A stretch of 64,000 nucleotides of DNA from the NCBI RefSeq assembly GCF_009834535.1, contig NC_045698.1, forward strand, positions 16,184,001-16,248,000, given 5' to 3'. The translations under genes were made by a program, and so were the position numbers. This document shows, one piece after another, positions 13,876 through 26,711 of this stretch. The first letter of the stretch is position 1; every line of letters begins with the position of its first letter. The stretch comes from Camelus ferus (lineage: Eukaryota). The notes beneath the pieces are model-generated. The model was given only the letters and a program-made list of their open reading frames with translations, was not told the DNA's origin and searched no databases.

Positions 13876-14459
13876 TTGGTGGCATAACCCCTGTTGTTCA
13901 CAATTAAATAATCTTTATTTTGATTAAAGACAATATTGTTTCACTTTTTGATACAAATTAGTAATAGTTACATATAGTATAAAAAGTTCATGTGATGGCC
14001 AAGTTAATTTCTTACTAGCTATTTTTCCAAGTTCAGGTATAAATTATATAATTTAGACTGTCACTTGAAAAACTAAAAATTGTTAACACACTTCCTTACA
14101 CTTCTACTTCTGTTATCTTTCTTTCTGATGCTTCATATGCCTTTTTAAAGTCTATAATGTTGAACAACTAACTATTAAAATCTGTGATTCATGTAAGTTT
14201 TCTAATCATCCTTAGTGACCTTGGATTTTCAGCTTTGTCAACCTCTCAATAACCTCTTATAAAAGTTAGATGAAAGAATTGGTCCCTCAAGAAATCCCTT
14301 AAATGAAATAAATTTCACAATCCTTTCATGCATTCCACTGCCAATCACTGTGGCTAATCCCATTCAAGCTCCATAATTAGTATTCCAAGGTAGGGATTCC
14401 CACCTGCACATGTTGTACAACACTGCAAAGTGGAGAGGTGGGTAGGAAAGAAAGGCTCC

Positions 14460-14930
14460 CCACAGACCTCTACATGACAGGATGTGTGAATCAATTTTAA
14501 TTAATTCTGCCTCTTTAAATCTGTCTGCTCTTTAGGAAAGATCGCTATCTGCCTCAGACACCATGGCAAGATAATTAACAAGAGCCCTGCTGCAGACTGA
14601 TAGCACAGGGAGCAGTAATACCCATGACAGGGACTCCCTGTCATCCAAGTGCCACAGAACCGTGAGGGTAAAGGACGGGGACTGCGGTGCAACATTAATT
14701 TTACTAAATCGGTGCAACGTTTACAGCACACGTGCTAGGGTTTTATTTATCCAGTGTGTAACAGAAATAAAGGAACCTGCTTCTGAAAACCATGCTGTCA
14801 ACCATCTTAGACCATCCTGGCAAAGCATCTCCACATACGACCGCCCACCATTTCCAACAGTACCAGCCACAGCGTGTAGGCCGCCCCGTTTCCCATCCGG
14901 TGGAAAATAAGTCAAATAAACAAAAATTAT
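14460..14930. promoter_or_regulatory. Candidate enhancer-like non-coding element
   Basis: Not recognisably repeat-derived and retains CpGs. Contains four TGACAG/CTGTCA sites (14475, 14625, 14638, 14795), TAATTA homeobox motifs, E-box CACGTG (14729-14734) and a forkhead-like TAAACA near 14917. Confidence 0.35.
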
Positions 14931-15519
14931 ACCATAAATGACAAACATAGAAAGTTGTGAATTACAAAAATAAAGGTTAAACATTATATTAAGTTCTCTA
15001 ATATCCATTTATCATAAAAGGTTTTTTTTTGTTTTATTTTGTCAAAAACTGTTCTCTTTCCTTTTTCTTATAAACATTGGGATTTTCTTATATTAGGTAG
15101 AATTAAGTAGTAGTAAGCAAGTCGAGTAAACTTTATTTGCTTTAACACGACTAGAATTTGATTTGCTCATTAATTCAATTGCCACTGCAAAGATTTGCTC
15201 ATTCATTCAATAACAATCTGCATAGTTATGGCAGCCTACTGTTTACTTATTTACTTATTCAGTTATAGTGGTCATTGGAAGGGCCACAGCATTTTACACT
15301 AACCTACAATGAGAAAGATAGCATGGTTTAAAAGTAACCATGTCTATCTTCAACACGCTTCCAAGAGTCATTATTTATTAAGAAAACTGTCATTCTCTAG
15401 TTTGTCCCAAATTTTCATTTCCATCATGTTCCATCAGATATCCTTTGAGGAGTCTTCTATTTAAAGTATGTATTCTATGTTTCATTATCTATTAAGGAAA
15501 TAACAGGATTTTAAAACTG

Positions 15520-15675
15520 AATGAGATCTGGATCATTATGCCGCTGGGAAGGTGAGTAAACTCAGACTCAAGAGAAGTCAAAACACTTAACTGAGTCATG
15601 GAGTTAGTGAGAGGTGGGACTGGAACTGGCAGCCTGGGTTTTTACCTTGTGATCCAACATATATTTCACTAACAA
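15520..15675 (-). mobile_element. MIR fragment
   Basis: gagtaaactcagactcaagagaagtcaaaacacttaactgagtcatggagttagtgagaggtgggactggaact. Confidence 0.65.
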
Positions 15676-16506
15676 GACTGCTTTGCAATGTCAGAAAAAA
15701 AATCTACTCAGGTTGATTTCAAAGAGGCCACCAGAAGTGGATTCTTTTTTCCAAAACCTTATTTTACTCTTTCTAGTTTATTTTCTTCAAACTCTGGCAT
15801 ATACAGATACACCTTAGAACTGAAATGACAGACTTTCCTGTCCTGGTTTTGAGAAACAATTCTGGGAAAACATTTTACCCTGTTTCTGTGCAAAACAAAA
15901 ACAAAAATGCTAGGATTAGGCAAAATAACTTTGCTGCTTGCCCTAGGAAATGTTTGCTTCTTGAAGGCTTGGAAGGATTTGAAATAGCATACTTCTCAGG
16001 ACTAAAGGCTTGCCTGTCATGACTTGCCTCAGTGTCCCTTCCTCTTTTCCTGCATTAATAAAGAGCTATTATGCCATGAATTCTGTCCAGTCCAGACTAG
16101 CTCCTTGAATTGCAAGACTTGACTTAAAATTATCCAAGATTATCCAAGTTAAGAACTTATTTTTAATGAAACTCTATGTCCCTGGTTTGTCCCTTCTAAG
16201 ATATCCTTAAGACTTTGTCAAGATGATGGTATCATCTGTATTAGTGAAGGTTCTCCAGAGAAGTAGAACAGCTTGTGTATTTATATAGGGAGAGAGGTTT
16301 ATTTTAAGAAATTGGCTCATATTACTGTGGAGACTGGCAAGTCTAAAATCTGCAGGATGGACTGATAGGCTAGAAACCCAGGGAAGAAATGAGGTTGCAG
16401 TTCAAGCCCAGGGGCCTTATGCTGGTAGAATTTCCCCTCCTTGGAGTAGATCAGTCTTTTCCTTAAGGCCTTAACTGATTGGGTGAGGCCCACCCACATT
16501 ATGGAG

Positions 16507-17310
16507 CAAAGAAAACATCCAGATGTCCAAGAGGCACATGAAAAGATGCTCAATATTGCTAATTATTAGAGAAATGCAAATCAAAACTACAATGAGGTAT
16601 CATCTCACACCAGTCAGAATGACCATCATTAAAAAGTCTACAAATAATAAATGAGAGGGTGTGGAGAAAAAGGAACTCTCCTACACTGTTGGTGGGAGTG
16701 TAAATTGGTGCAGCCACTATGGAGGACAGTATGGAGGTTCCTTAAAAGACTAAAAAATAGACTTACCATATGATCCAGCAATCACACTCCTGGGCATATA
16801 TCCAGGGAAAACTATAATTCAAAAAGATACATGCATCCCAATGTTCATAGTAGCACTATTTACAATAGTCAAGACGTGGAACCACCTAAATGACCATCAA
16901 CAGATGACTGGATAAAGAAGATGTGGTATATATATACAATGGAATATTACTCAGCAATAAAAAGAATGCAATAATGCCATTTGCAGCAACATGGATGGAC
17001 CTAGAAATTATCAGAGTGAATGAAGTAAGGAGAAAGACAAATATCATATGATATCACTATGCGGAATCTTAAAAAATGATAAAATTCAATTTACAAACCC
17101 AAAATAGACTCAGATATAGAAAACAAACTATGGTTACCAAAGGGGAAAAGATGAGGAGGGATAAACTAGGGGTGGGGGATTAACAGACACACATTGCTAT
17201 ATATAAAACAGACAAACAACAAAGACCTACTGTATAGTGCAGGGAACTACATTCAATTTCTTGTAATAGCATATAATGGAAAAGAATCTGAAAAGAATAT
17301 ATATACATAT

Positions 17311-17355
<45 letters not shown>

Positions 17356-17421
17356 AATGTATCACTTTGTTGTACACCTGAAACTAACATTGTAAATCAA
17401 CTACACTTCAATAAAATTGTT
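16507..17421 (+). mobile_element. 5'-truncated L1 (ORF2 C-terminus plus 3' UTR), cetartiodactyl type
   Basis: gaaatgcaaatcaaaactacaatgaggtatcatctcacaccagtcagaatg...tgatccagcaatcacactcctgggcatata...; polyA signal aataaa at 17410. Confidence 0.95.
17300..17353. repeat. (TA)n/(CA)n microsatellite within the L1 3' UTR
   Basis: Directly visible dinucleotide run. Confidence 0.95.
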
Positions 17422-17684
17422 TAAAAAATACCTTTACAGCAACATCCAGGATTATTTTAACACACACCTGGGTACTATGGCCTAGCCAAATGGACACATA
17501 TGTTTAACATCACATCCCTTATAGCAGTAAATTAAAGAAACTTATTTGGCCTGATTGACAATTTTTCTAGTGGTCTGTCTGAGAAATTGACAGCCTACAC
17601 ACTGTTTACAAGCATCAGGCCTGTGTGGAAGTATTATAACTCATAAGACAATCCAGTTTCTTGGTTAACTCTAGAATCTACACA

Positions 17685-17820
17685 GAAGATAAGATTCTTG
17701 AAGGAAAGGAATTGTTTTTTGTTTTGTTAATTGCAATATTCTCAGTGCCTAAAACAACGGCTAACAAGTAGCAAGTACTCAATAGATACTTAAAAAAATA
17801 GATGAATGAAAGAATAAACT
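17685..17820 (+). mobile_element. L2 3' end
   Basis: ttcttgaaggaaagg...ctcagtgcctaaaacaacggctaacaagtagcaagtactcaatagatac...gatgaatgaa. Confidence 0.75.
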
Positions 17821-19774
17821 AATAAGTCAGATATTATGGTATATTCTTTGCAGAGAAAGAGATTACATTTTCAAAATGACCTCATTATCCCAACATGTGT
17901 ACTGTGGAAACTCTCTTGCATTTCAGTAATTGAAATTCAACAGGTACAAGACATATAATTAAGCATAACCTTATATGTGTGTAACATAAATATTCAGATC
18001 CTCAACACACATAAAAAGCATTCAATACTTTTATAATGATTGAAAATAATTTTGTACCACATGGGATATAAAATTTTTAAAACTTATTTTTCATGCAAAT
18101 ATTAGTTGCTTTGGTGATGTTTTATATTCCTATATTAATGTATATGTATGTGTGTGTGTGCATACATATATATACACACACACATAAACAGAGCTCAAAC
18201 ATTTTGTCATCCCTTAGATATAATTGTCTTTTTGTCCTACTTCACCTTAATACTTCAACTCTCATTCCTTAATAAATGACACTTTACAGATTCCAGATTT
18301 ATCACTCATATTTACAGGTCTCCATCTCAAAAAGCTCCAGGTAAAAAAGATAAATAGGCATCAAATTGATGTTCTCTTGTTCATGTGGATTCAAGAAATA
18401 CTCTGCCTCTTGATTTATACCTTGAGTTTTATACTCATAGCATTTCATATTTAAAAGATTTTTTACTTATGTTATCCCTTAAATCTTTAAAAAAAAAACC
18501 TGTTAAAAGTAACTTTTTTTTTTTTTTTTTTGTATTTCAGTTAAGAAGAGAAACTGCCTGGAGAAGGGCTATCTTTACCTAGTTTTATGAAGGACACGCA
18601 CCGTGGGGCATGCAATCTTGGACTCCATAATTACAAATGAATGAATATCTACAATATTAAGTGCAATGTACATGTTTGTCAAACTGAACTGAACTTTTGG
18701 AGAAACACTTTAAAAAACTCACTGTGCTGAAAACTTCTATGGTTTTGACTACAAAAGAAAATAATATTCTTCTGGGTTCATCCTTTTTCTAATTCGAACA
18801 TTAAGAAGTGTTCTAGAGGCTCCTGATACCGACATGTACAATAATTATCTTCTCTGTGCCTCATCTGCCAAATGTTCTATGAATTCATTGGTCAGACCAG
18901 GCTTTACGATTTGTGTCCAACATTATACATGTGTGCAAACTAATACATATTTTGCTTTTTGACTCAGGAAATTCCTTAAAGCAGTTCATCCAGCTTATCT
19001 GGGAAAGCAACTCTTCTGTCAGCAAAATTGATGTTTTAATTGGTCATTAAAAAAGTCTTCAAATTATTTCTCTTGATTTCATAGTTCATGCTAAAGAAAA
19101 TTTATAATAAATCACAAAAGTAGGGTTTTTCACAAAGCTGTTAAAATACAGACAATAACTTATAACTTACCATATCTTAAAGATAATTATACCTTAATCT
19201 ATAGAATTTCAGAATTTACAATTTTTCAAACATACACACACATATACACACACACAATCTAGCCTTATAAAATTGTTTCAAGGCACACAACTAATTGGAG
19301 TTAAATGGGTAATCAAAGTCAATTATATCTTACTCCAAAACCCAGCCTACACTTTAATACCTGTCATATGTGTGTGTTCACACCTACACAAGAATCTGTA
19401 TTGTTTAACCTAATTTTTTGATATATGTACATAAAGGAAATCAGTCTTTTTAAGTGGATGGTTCTTACAGAGAAGAAGTAAGAATAATTACAAGAATTGA
19501 TTCTTACTAATAGATCTTGGAAAATCAATTTTATTATACAAATTTTTGGCATTTACATTTGCTTCTCAGGCAGTGGTTTTTAAAAAACAGCATTACATCA
19601 TTGTGCTTTAAGAGTTTTTTTTAATAAATAATTTGATAGAATAGCATTATTCATTAAAAATAACACTGGTAAATAATTCACTTTATGTTTAAAAGTTAGA
19701 CTTATTCACTACTCTCAGTGATTTACATTCCAATATCATTTCCTGAGTGGAGCAGAAAGCTATATCACCACCTT

Positions 19775-20395
19775 TTTTATCAAAGAAACCATTCATAACC
19801 TTGAAACTTGAGCTGAGACCACATGAATCCATATTGCTTAATGATCGGAACTGAGAACTGAGATCATTTGTGTCGCATTGATATTTGTCTTGTCCAGGAC
19901 ATCCTTTTCTAGGAAGATAAGGGTGTAAACTAATAATTTTATTGTTTGCTTCAGGAAATTCTTATAAATAAATTTATCTAGACAAAGAGTTTACTTATCT
20001 GGGCAAACAAGGCTTTATCAGGATATTAGTTACCTTACCTGAGCAAACAATTTTATTTTCAAACCATGGTTTAGTTATCATAACTTGCTTTGAGACTCAC
20101 ATCATTTCCTGCACAGCAATTCAAGCTATGATGTTACAACATTGCTCAATCCCAACCACTTCCCTGCATATAAATATTCTCCTTAAACCACCTGAGCCCA
20201 GATCCCCAAACACTAAAAACACAAAACACTATAAAAATGCTATGTTTATGTCTATACTTCAAAGGAACTAATAAGAACTTTCATGTTGGTATTCTGCTTT
20301 ACTGTCATACGTCTAATAAACTGTGCTTTACTTGTTTGTGTGTGTGTGTGTGTTTGTGTGTGTGTATGGCCTTTTAGAGAGTCTAGAGTTGACAA
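19775..20395 (+). mobile_element. Probable ERV1-class solo LTR with internal (TG)n
   Basis: TATA-like tataaa near 20231, aataaa near 20315, ends gttgaca; overall LTR-like layout, subfamily not recognised. Confidence 0.5.
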
Positions 20396-21439
20396 CCCTG
20401 GCTTTTTATGTGTTGTAATCTAATAACTGAAGAATGTCTTTGGAAATATGTTGAATAATTAAACATTCTTATACCTTACATGTGTCTCTAAATAAAGAAC
20501 AAAGATCTGAGAATCACTTTTCTAGATCTTACCTTTCTTCATCTATAAAATGACAAAAAGTTGCCTTGTATTCTATGTAACTCAGTGGGAAAGTATATTA
20601 TTACGTGTTGTATTTTCCTTTAGTTCAAGTAACATAGATGATAAGAAGCTATAAATATTAAAATGTAATGGGAAGCACAATTTACTTTTACCCTTTTATT
20701 TGGATTATGATATTGATTTGTGAAATAATGTGAAAGAAAATGGTTATTATCTACTCGTAACTGAATTGTAAACATAACTGAGTAGACTTAAATAATTAAA
20801 TATGGTCAATTACATTAAAATGTCAAATGTCTGAATATGAATCCCTCCAAACACATGAAAAATAAAATATACCAATGGTCCTTGCACATGAGTTTCACAA
20901 GCTTTTCTACATGAAGCTCTGCAAGTCTGTTCGGTCAATTCATTCTCTCCTTTAAATAGCAACTTGTCCAGTCTTTTGGTTTATAATCTATAAGCACAAG
21001 AGTAGAAAGCTTCAAAGATGGACCCACATGCCCTTTCCTCCATTGTGTCATAAGAATGGTAAGCCACTGGCTAGAGATGTTTCAAATTTAGATAAAATTC
21101 GATTGTTGTCTTTCTGATCCCTGACTGATCATTTCATTTCTAAATTTTTGCTGTTTATTCACCAAGTGAAATAAACTCTACTTACCTGATGCCGTATCTT
21201 AGAACCACAAAGAACATACAGTATTGGGAGAGGACAATCATTAAGATACAAAAAGTCAATCAATTTCCCTATGCAATGATTGACTAATTAAATTTCAGAT
21301 TTTCTTTCCTTGGGGCCCTCCTCTCCATGGTTACCCAAATTGTGCAATGTATTTTCATATTTTATAAAGGATTGAGATAGTATGAGCTTTACAAATTTAT
21401 AAAAGAAATCCAATGAAAGTTTAGTATGTACATAGACAC

Positions 21440-21770
21440 ACATATAGTTTTTCACATCTAATTTTGATTGAAATTAATTGAAAGAAAATCCTCAACAAAT
21501 TCCGTACATTCTTTACCTAGATTCTTAAATTGTTAAAATTTTGCCTCACTTAACTTTATCACTTGTGCTCTTTCAATACCCACTGTATGTTTTAATAAAA
21601 TGTTTGCACAAACTGTAGATCTTTCTGTGCTTGTACTCTTAAATTCTTTAGTTTCATGTCTCACCTAAAAACACTCTACAATTATACCAGAGGAATAATT
21701 TTTTTACCAATAATTACCACACTCAATCTGCAGTCATATTCAACTTTTGTCCTTTATATTTTTTTCCCTT
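21440..21770 (-). mobile_element. Old L1 (L1MC/L1ME) 3' fragment
   Basis: ctttacctagattcttaaattgttaaaattttgcctcact...atctgcagtcatattcaac. Confidence 0.5.
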
Positions 21771-21799
21771 CTGTGCTGGCGTGGTCATATAAATACATA

Positions 21800-21860
21800 A
21801 TTAAAGGAAGGAAAGAAGAAAGGAAGAGAGGGAGGGAGAAAGGAAGGAAAAAGAAGGAGG
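21800..21860. repeat. GA-rich low-complexity repeat
   Basis: ggaaggaaagaagaaaggaagagagggagggagaaaggaagg. Confidence 0.85.
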
Positions 21861-21879
21861 CACAGTTTTTATTTACAGT

Positions 21880-22410
21880 AGAATTCTAACTAACAAATGT
21901 AGAATGAATCATCAAAATGGACGATAAAATTAGAGGGTAAAAGTGTAATGAAGAACATGGTATTACATAATCTCATATATTCTCCCACAAACACACAAGT
22001 TACTTTTTACAAATAAAAGGAAATGCTGACTCTACACTAGAAAAAATTAATCAGGGATCACCTTAATCACCTTAATGAAGGATTAAAGCGAACCTTACCA
22101 CTAATGGGACCCATCATTACCACATTCCTTCTGATAAAAAGATGCCCTGAGTGGGTATGACATCACTTCCATGGTACTCTTGCTTAAATGCCTGATTTGA
22201 AACTAGTCATGAAGTATGGAAAACTCAAATTGTGGGTAATTCTACCAAATAACTTGCCTGTACTATTCAATCTTTATGATACCAAAATCATGAGAGTCAA
22301 AGAAAGACTGAGAAATAGTTACAGATTAAAGGATATGAAAAACATATGACAATGGTACACACTGAATCCTGCAACGAGGGATTAGCATACATTTTGGATA
22401 TAATTTTTAA
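21880..22410 (+). mobile_element. L1MC4/5-like 3' UTR fragment
   Basis: caccttaat...ttaccactaatgggac...aaataacttgcctgtactattcaa...atcatgagagtcaaagaaagactgagaaatagttacagattaaagga. Confidence 0.7.
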
Positions 22411-23449
22411 AAAAATGATATGGTAATTCTGCTTGTCTTTTTCCTTAAACCAAATGAAAAAAAGCACCATCATGAAAATATTACAAGATCCATGACAATC
22501 AAACTTGACTTAACAATAACTGCTTTATTCTTTCTTTATTCCCATGATTAAGGACAATGGACAAGTATCAGAAGATGCTATGAAATGAGGCCTGTCTCTG
22601 TTCACCTAATCACTGAGTCTAAGACTGCTTCCTGTTCCTCACTGTTAAAGAAATCTCACACCAAAAGCGTACACCTTTAGCAGCTAAATGACACAAATGA
22701 TGTATTAAGTTGTCAATTTTAAAATGTCTACTAAAAACAGAATATGAATATGATTCCCAGTGGGTATAACTGTTGCAAAGGAGAATGATACGTCTCATCT
22801 ACCACAGTAATTAATTATGTAAGAAAGTCTTTATCGATACATCTCTGTTGGAGAGAGTCCATCGCCTGGTGAACATGAAAGCTCTCTGGGCCTGCGTAAT
22901 TCACAGATGTACAGGAGACTGTGAGAGAACTGAAGTCTCCAATGACAGTTAGTGAATTTCACCAGTACTTTCTAGGGTAGATCACTTTTACTAAGGTATA
23001 GGAAACTTGTCAGATAGACTATTTTTTTTAGTTGCCACTCAAAATACCTAGAGTTTCAAGAACAACTTGGTTTTCATCTTCAGTGTGTGTGAATGTATAA
23101 CTTCCTTTATACGTAATCAGACCAGGTAAAATCTACAGGTCAGAATAGGACTGGTTTTGAAGTTTGAGTTTTCTGACACATAAATTTTAGAGGAGGTGTA
23201 ATTTCATACAGTGCACTCAAAATAGATATATCCTCACCAATCATAACATGGGAACACCTATCTAGTTTATTACAGGTACTAGAGTTTAAAATAATTAAAA
23301 TGTTTTACTGATATTTTTCATAATTTTAATATCTGGTGATGTATGCACTGGGATGTGCACACATCACACGTCACTGACTTGAATTTTTTTTTTTAAGTAT
23401 GAGACAATTTCACCTGTAATAGGTTTGTAAAATCTATTTTGCAATTATG

Positions 23450-24450
23450 TACCTGTTAAATTTCTGGATTAAAAAACCTATCTATATAAAATAAAATTGC
23501 AAAACTTTTAGAAGATGATATACTTTATTTATGTCCTTAGAGTATGCATAATTCTTTAAACAAGATGCATCAACAAGCATAAAACGTCTCTCATAAAGTC
23601 AACTATATTGACGTTTAAACATTAAATGATTGTTAAACCAAATATATAAAGGATTCCTACAAATTTAAAATGAAATGATTCACAATAAAGTTTTTAAAAA
23701 TGGACAAATCATATAAGAAGGTGATTTAAGAAAAAGAAACCAGAATGGCCAAGAAACTTCTGAGAACATGCCAAATCTCATTTTAATCAAGGAATTGAAA
23801 GTGAATAATTATAAAAGAATGCATTTAACTATTATCCTGGCAAAACAACCACCTGATTTCTAAGTATTAGCAAGAATATAAAGCAATGGGAGCAGTTTCT
23901 TTAAATTCTATTTCAATATACATGCATCTAGAAATGTGCATTCCATATACACAAAATTCTACTTGTAGATATCCTAGAAACTTGCTGGTGCAGGGGCAGA
24001 AAGTCATACACAAGAACATTTATAATAGCTTCATCTGCAGATGGAAAAATTAAATCAACAAGGGATGGATAAATAAATACCAGTTTACATATAACAGGAC
24101 TGCACAGCAGTCAAAGTGTGTAAAAATGAACTACACACTTGTTAATGTGGATGAACTACTACATTTGCTAATATGAATGAATTACTATCATATTGTATTG
24201 AATGATAAAGTTAGATTGCAGAAGGATAGACTGATTTTAAGTCCATTCTACATGCTTTAATATATTTAAAAGAGTACTTTAGAAATACACTCTGATGGGA
24301 TGGGAGAGAAAGACAAAATGGAATACCAGCTTGAAAGACTTCAACTTAGTAAGTATGATTTTACTTCTTAAGATAGGTGGTGGGTACACATTATTCATTA
24401 AATATCTTTATATCATTTTATATGCATTAGAATTTCATATTCAATAATTC
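23450..24450 (+). mobile_element. Ancient L1 (L1ME-like) ORF2 3' end and 3' UTR, highly diverged
   Basis: aaacttttagaagatgatat...aaaaatggacaaatcatat...gaatggccaagaaac...gataggtggtgggtacac. Confidence 0.65.
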
Positions 24451-26074
24451 ATATTTCAAAAAATACACTTTTATAATTATCTACATTTGACCATACTTAG
24501 AATGTTGGCAAATAAACTATATGAAATTTAATGTTTATGGATTTTAGAAAAATCCATTTTGCCTAGGAACTGATTTTATTTTTAATACAATTTTACAAGT
24601 CCTAGGACATTTTGAATAAGCCATTAGATGGTAAAAAGGCAAAATGACTTTCCTGAGGTCTCTGAATGTGTGGCAGTTTAAAATTAGTTTGGATTTTGAA
24701 TGTCACCTAATTGGATGTAAGCATTAAATTATTAATCAATAGTCATATTATACTGACTCATTTACACTGGCATTTCAACACAAAAACATTATTTTTTGAA
24801 CTCATAGAACTATTCTGTTTGCATTTTCAACTAAACCTGTGAAAGTAAATTAAATCAATCAAAATGCAGCTATCTCAAGAGAATATTAGGTTTATTGAGT
24901 GGTAAAGCAGGTTAAACCCAACCAAACCCATTCAAATCAGAGTTTATTAAAAAAAAAACAGGAGGAAATTTTATAATATAATAATCACCTAAATATATGA
25001 AGCTTACAGTCACTGTGGAATATTTATTTATGGATTTTTAATGTACCTATTCTGCTTATTGCAAGGAGTTGTGAACCAACATTAATAATGTTAATTATAC
25101 CTAGCCATCCACAATGAGTAGTATTTAACAAAATTATACCTACAATTTCTTAAAAATATATTGTTTGGAGGCTAGCAAATGACAACCTACTACAGTTAAA
25201 CAAAGTATTATTTTCCCCTTAGGTCAAAGCTGTATATAAATATAATAAATTATACCTGGGACTTTGGAATAGTGCCATTTTTAAAGGCGGTATTTCTCTT
25301 TGACCTCACATTTTCAGTATAGAGCACAGTCATTTAAACGATGGTCTCTGATTAAAGAAAGGAAAGTATTTTTTAATAGGCTGATGTATAATTCAACATG
25401 ATTATCAAGTATTGCAGCTACAAATTCAGCGAAAAAATTCAGAAAAGTCTGATCTTGGTATTTGGAATTGTTATCTAACTGTGCTTACTGTTAGGAGATA
25501 GAAGAAAAACTGAACTCAAATCAATTTTCAACATATTGTAACTGCTTAATCTCAAGCTATGTTTCTCATAAGCTATAGTATTTATATAATCTATTTTCTC
25601 CCATACATTTTAATCAAGACCACATCAGGAAAGGAAATATTTTAATTCAATTCTAAGCAAAAAGCTGATTGGTAAGTCTATCACCAGGAAACCAAATATG
25701 TATCATATGCATTCTAAAGGAAATTGAACCGAGCGACATTTCAGTTGAAACACTCCATTCAAAAACATTCAGTTACTGAGTGTTTGTGATGTTCCAGGAA
25801 CTGAGCCAAGACACAGGGACACAATTTTGAAAGGATATGGAAACAGCCCTAAAGCATTTTTAATCTAAATAGGTTTGAAGTACAGAGTGTGATTTTTTTC
25901 CATATGGTAGGGATTTTTTATTAGCATAGTTGTAGAGTAAATAAAGTTTTGTTTTCTGAGAATTAAAGGTGATTGGAACTCAGAACATCAACATTTCAGT
26001 AATGTGAGACTGAGAGGAGCTACAATCAGTTCTTTAACTTCTCATTTAGAGAAAAGAGGGGGCATATTAAGAAT

Positions 26075-26240
26075 ATAGGTGGGATGAGCCCAACCCTGGG
26101 AGTCAGAACACGGGCTTGACCCCAGTTTCTGCCACTGACTTCCTGTCTAGTCACAAACAGTCCCTTACGTTCTTTAGGCCTTGCCAAAAAAAAAAAATCA
26201 TCAAAATATAAAGTGAAGAAGAGAGACTAGATAACCTGCA
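26075..26240 (+). mobile_element. MIR fragment
   Basis: ctgggagtcagaacacgggcttgaccccagtttctgccactgacttcctgt. Confidence 0.65.
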
Positions 26241-26561
26241 TGCTACAATTATGAGAAAAATTAACCCCAAGTAAGATGAAACAAATAACTAAACAGCTAA
26301 TTAGACATTCCTTTTCCAATATCATTATTTTGTAGTGAACTAAAAAAGGTCAAAAAATAAAACTAAGATATTTGAAATGTAACTTTGTTAGAGAATTATA
26401 TCCTCGCTTTGCGTAGGCTTTTTTGGCATCAGCCCTCACTGTGATCTCTCGAAGCAACGGCTCTCTCAAAAGAACCCCCAAAACTTAAAAGCATTTTTTC
26501 TAAAAAAATAATACATTTTTTTCTTAATTATCTCTGACTAATCCTCATGGCAGGAAGCTAT

Positions 26562-26711
26562 TCTTTGGATTTTTGAGGGGGAGGAGAGGAGAGGTAATTA
26601 GGTTTATTTATTTATTTATTTATTTATTTCTTAGTGGAGGTACTGGGGATTGAACCCAGAACATCGTGCACGCTAAGCAGTCAGTCTACCACTGAGCTAT
26701 TCTCTCCTCCC
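26562..26711 (-). mobile_element. Vic-1-type camelid tRNA-derived SINE
   Basis: gaggtaattaggtttatttatttat...tggaggtactggggattgaacccagaacatcgtgcacgctaagcagtcagtctaccactgagctat; antisense Pol III A and B boxes and (TTTA)n tail. Confidence 0.85.

Larger units (their letters stand above)
16237..17514 (-). mobile_element. ERVL MLT2 solo LTR split by an L1 insertion (pieces 16237-16506 and 17422-17514)
   Basis: Starts tgtattagtgaaggttctccagagaa...ttttaagaaattggctcat, resumes taaaaaatacctttacagcaacatcc...ctagccaaatggacacata and ends aacatcaca. Confidence 0.85.

Noticed and set aside
14501..15008. Cluster of four overlapping short ORFs
   Set aside because: There is no recognisable protein similarity or convincing splice sites; higher local GC explains fewer stop codons.
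21178..21195. Strong minus-strand splice donor (cagGTAAGT), also U1-like acttacctg
   Set aside because: There is no matching acceptor or reading frame, and similarity to U1 snRNA does not extend.
26640..26711. tRNA-like A and B boxes on the minus strand
   Set aside because: This is the head of a Vic-1-type SINE, not a tRNA gene.
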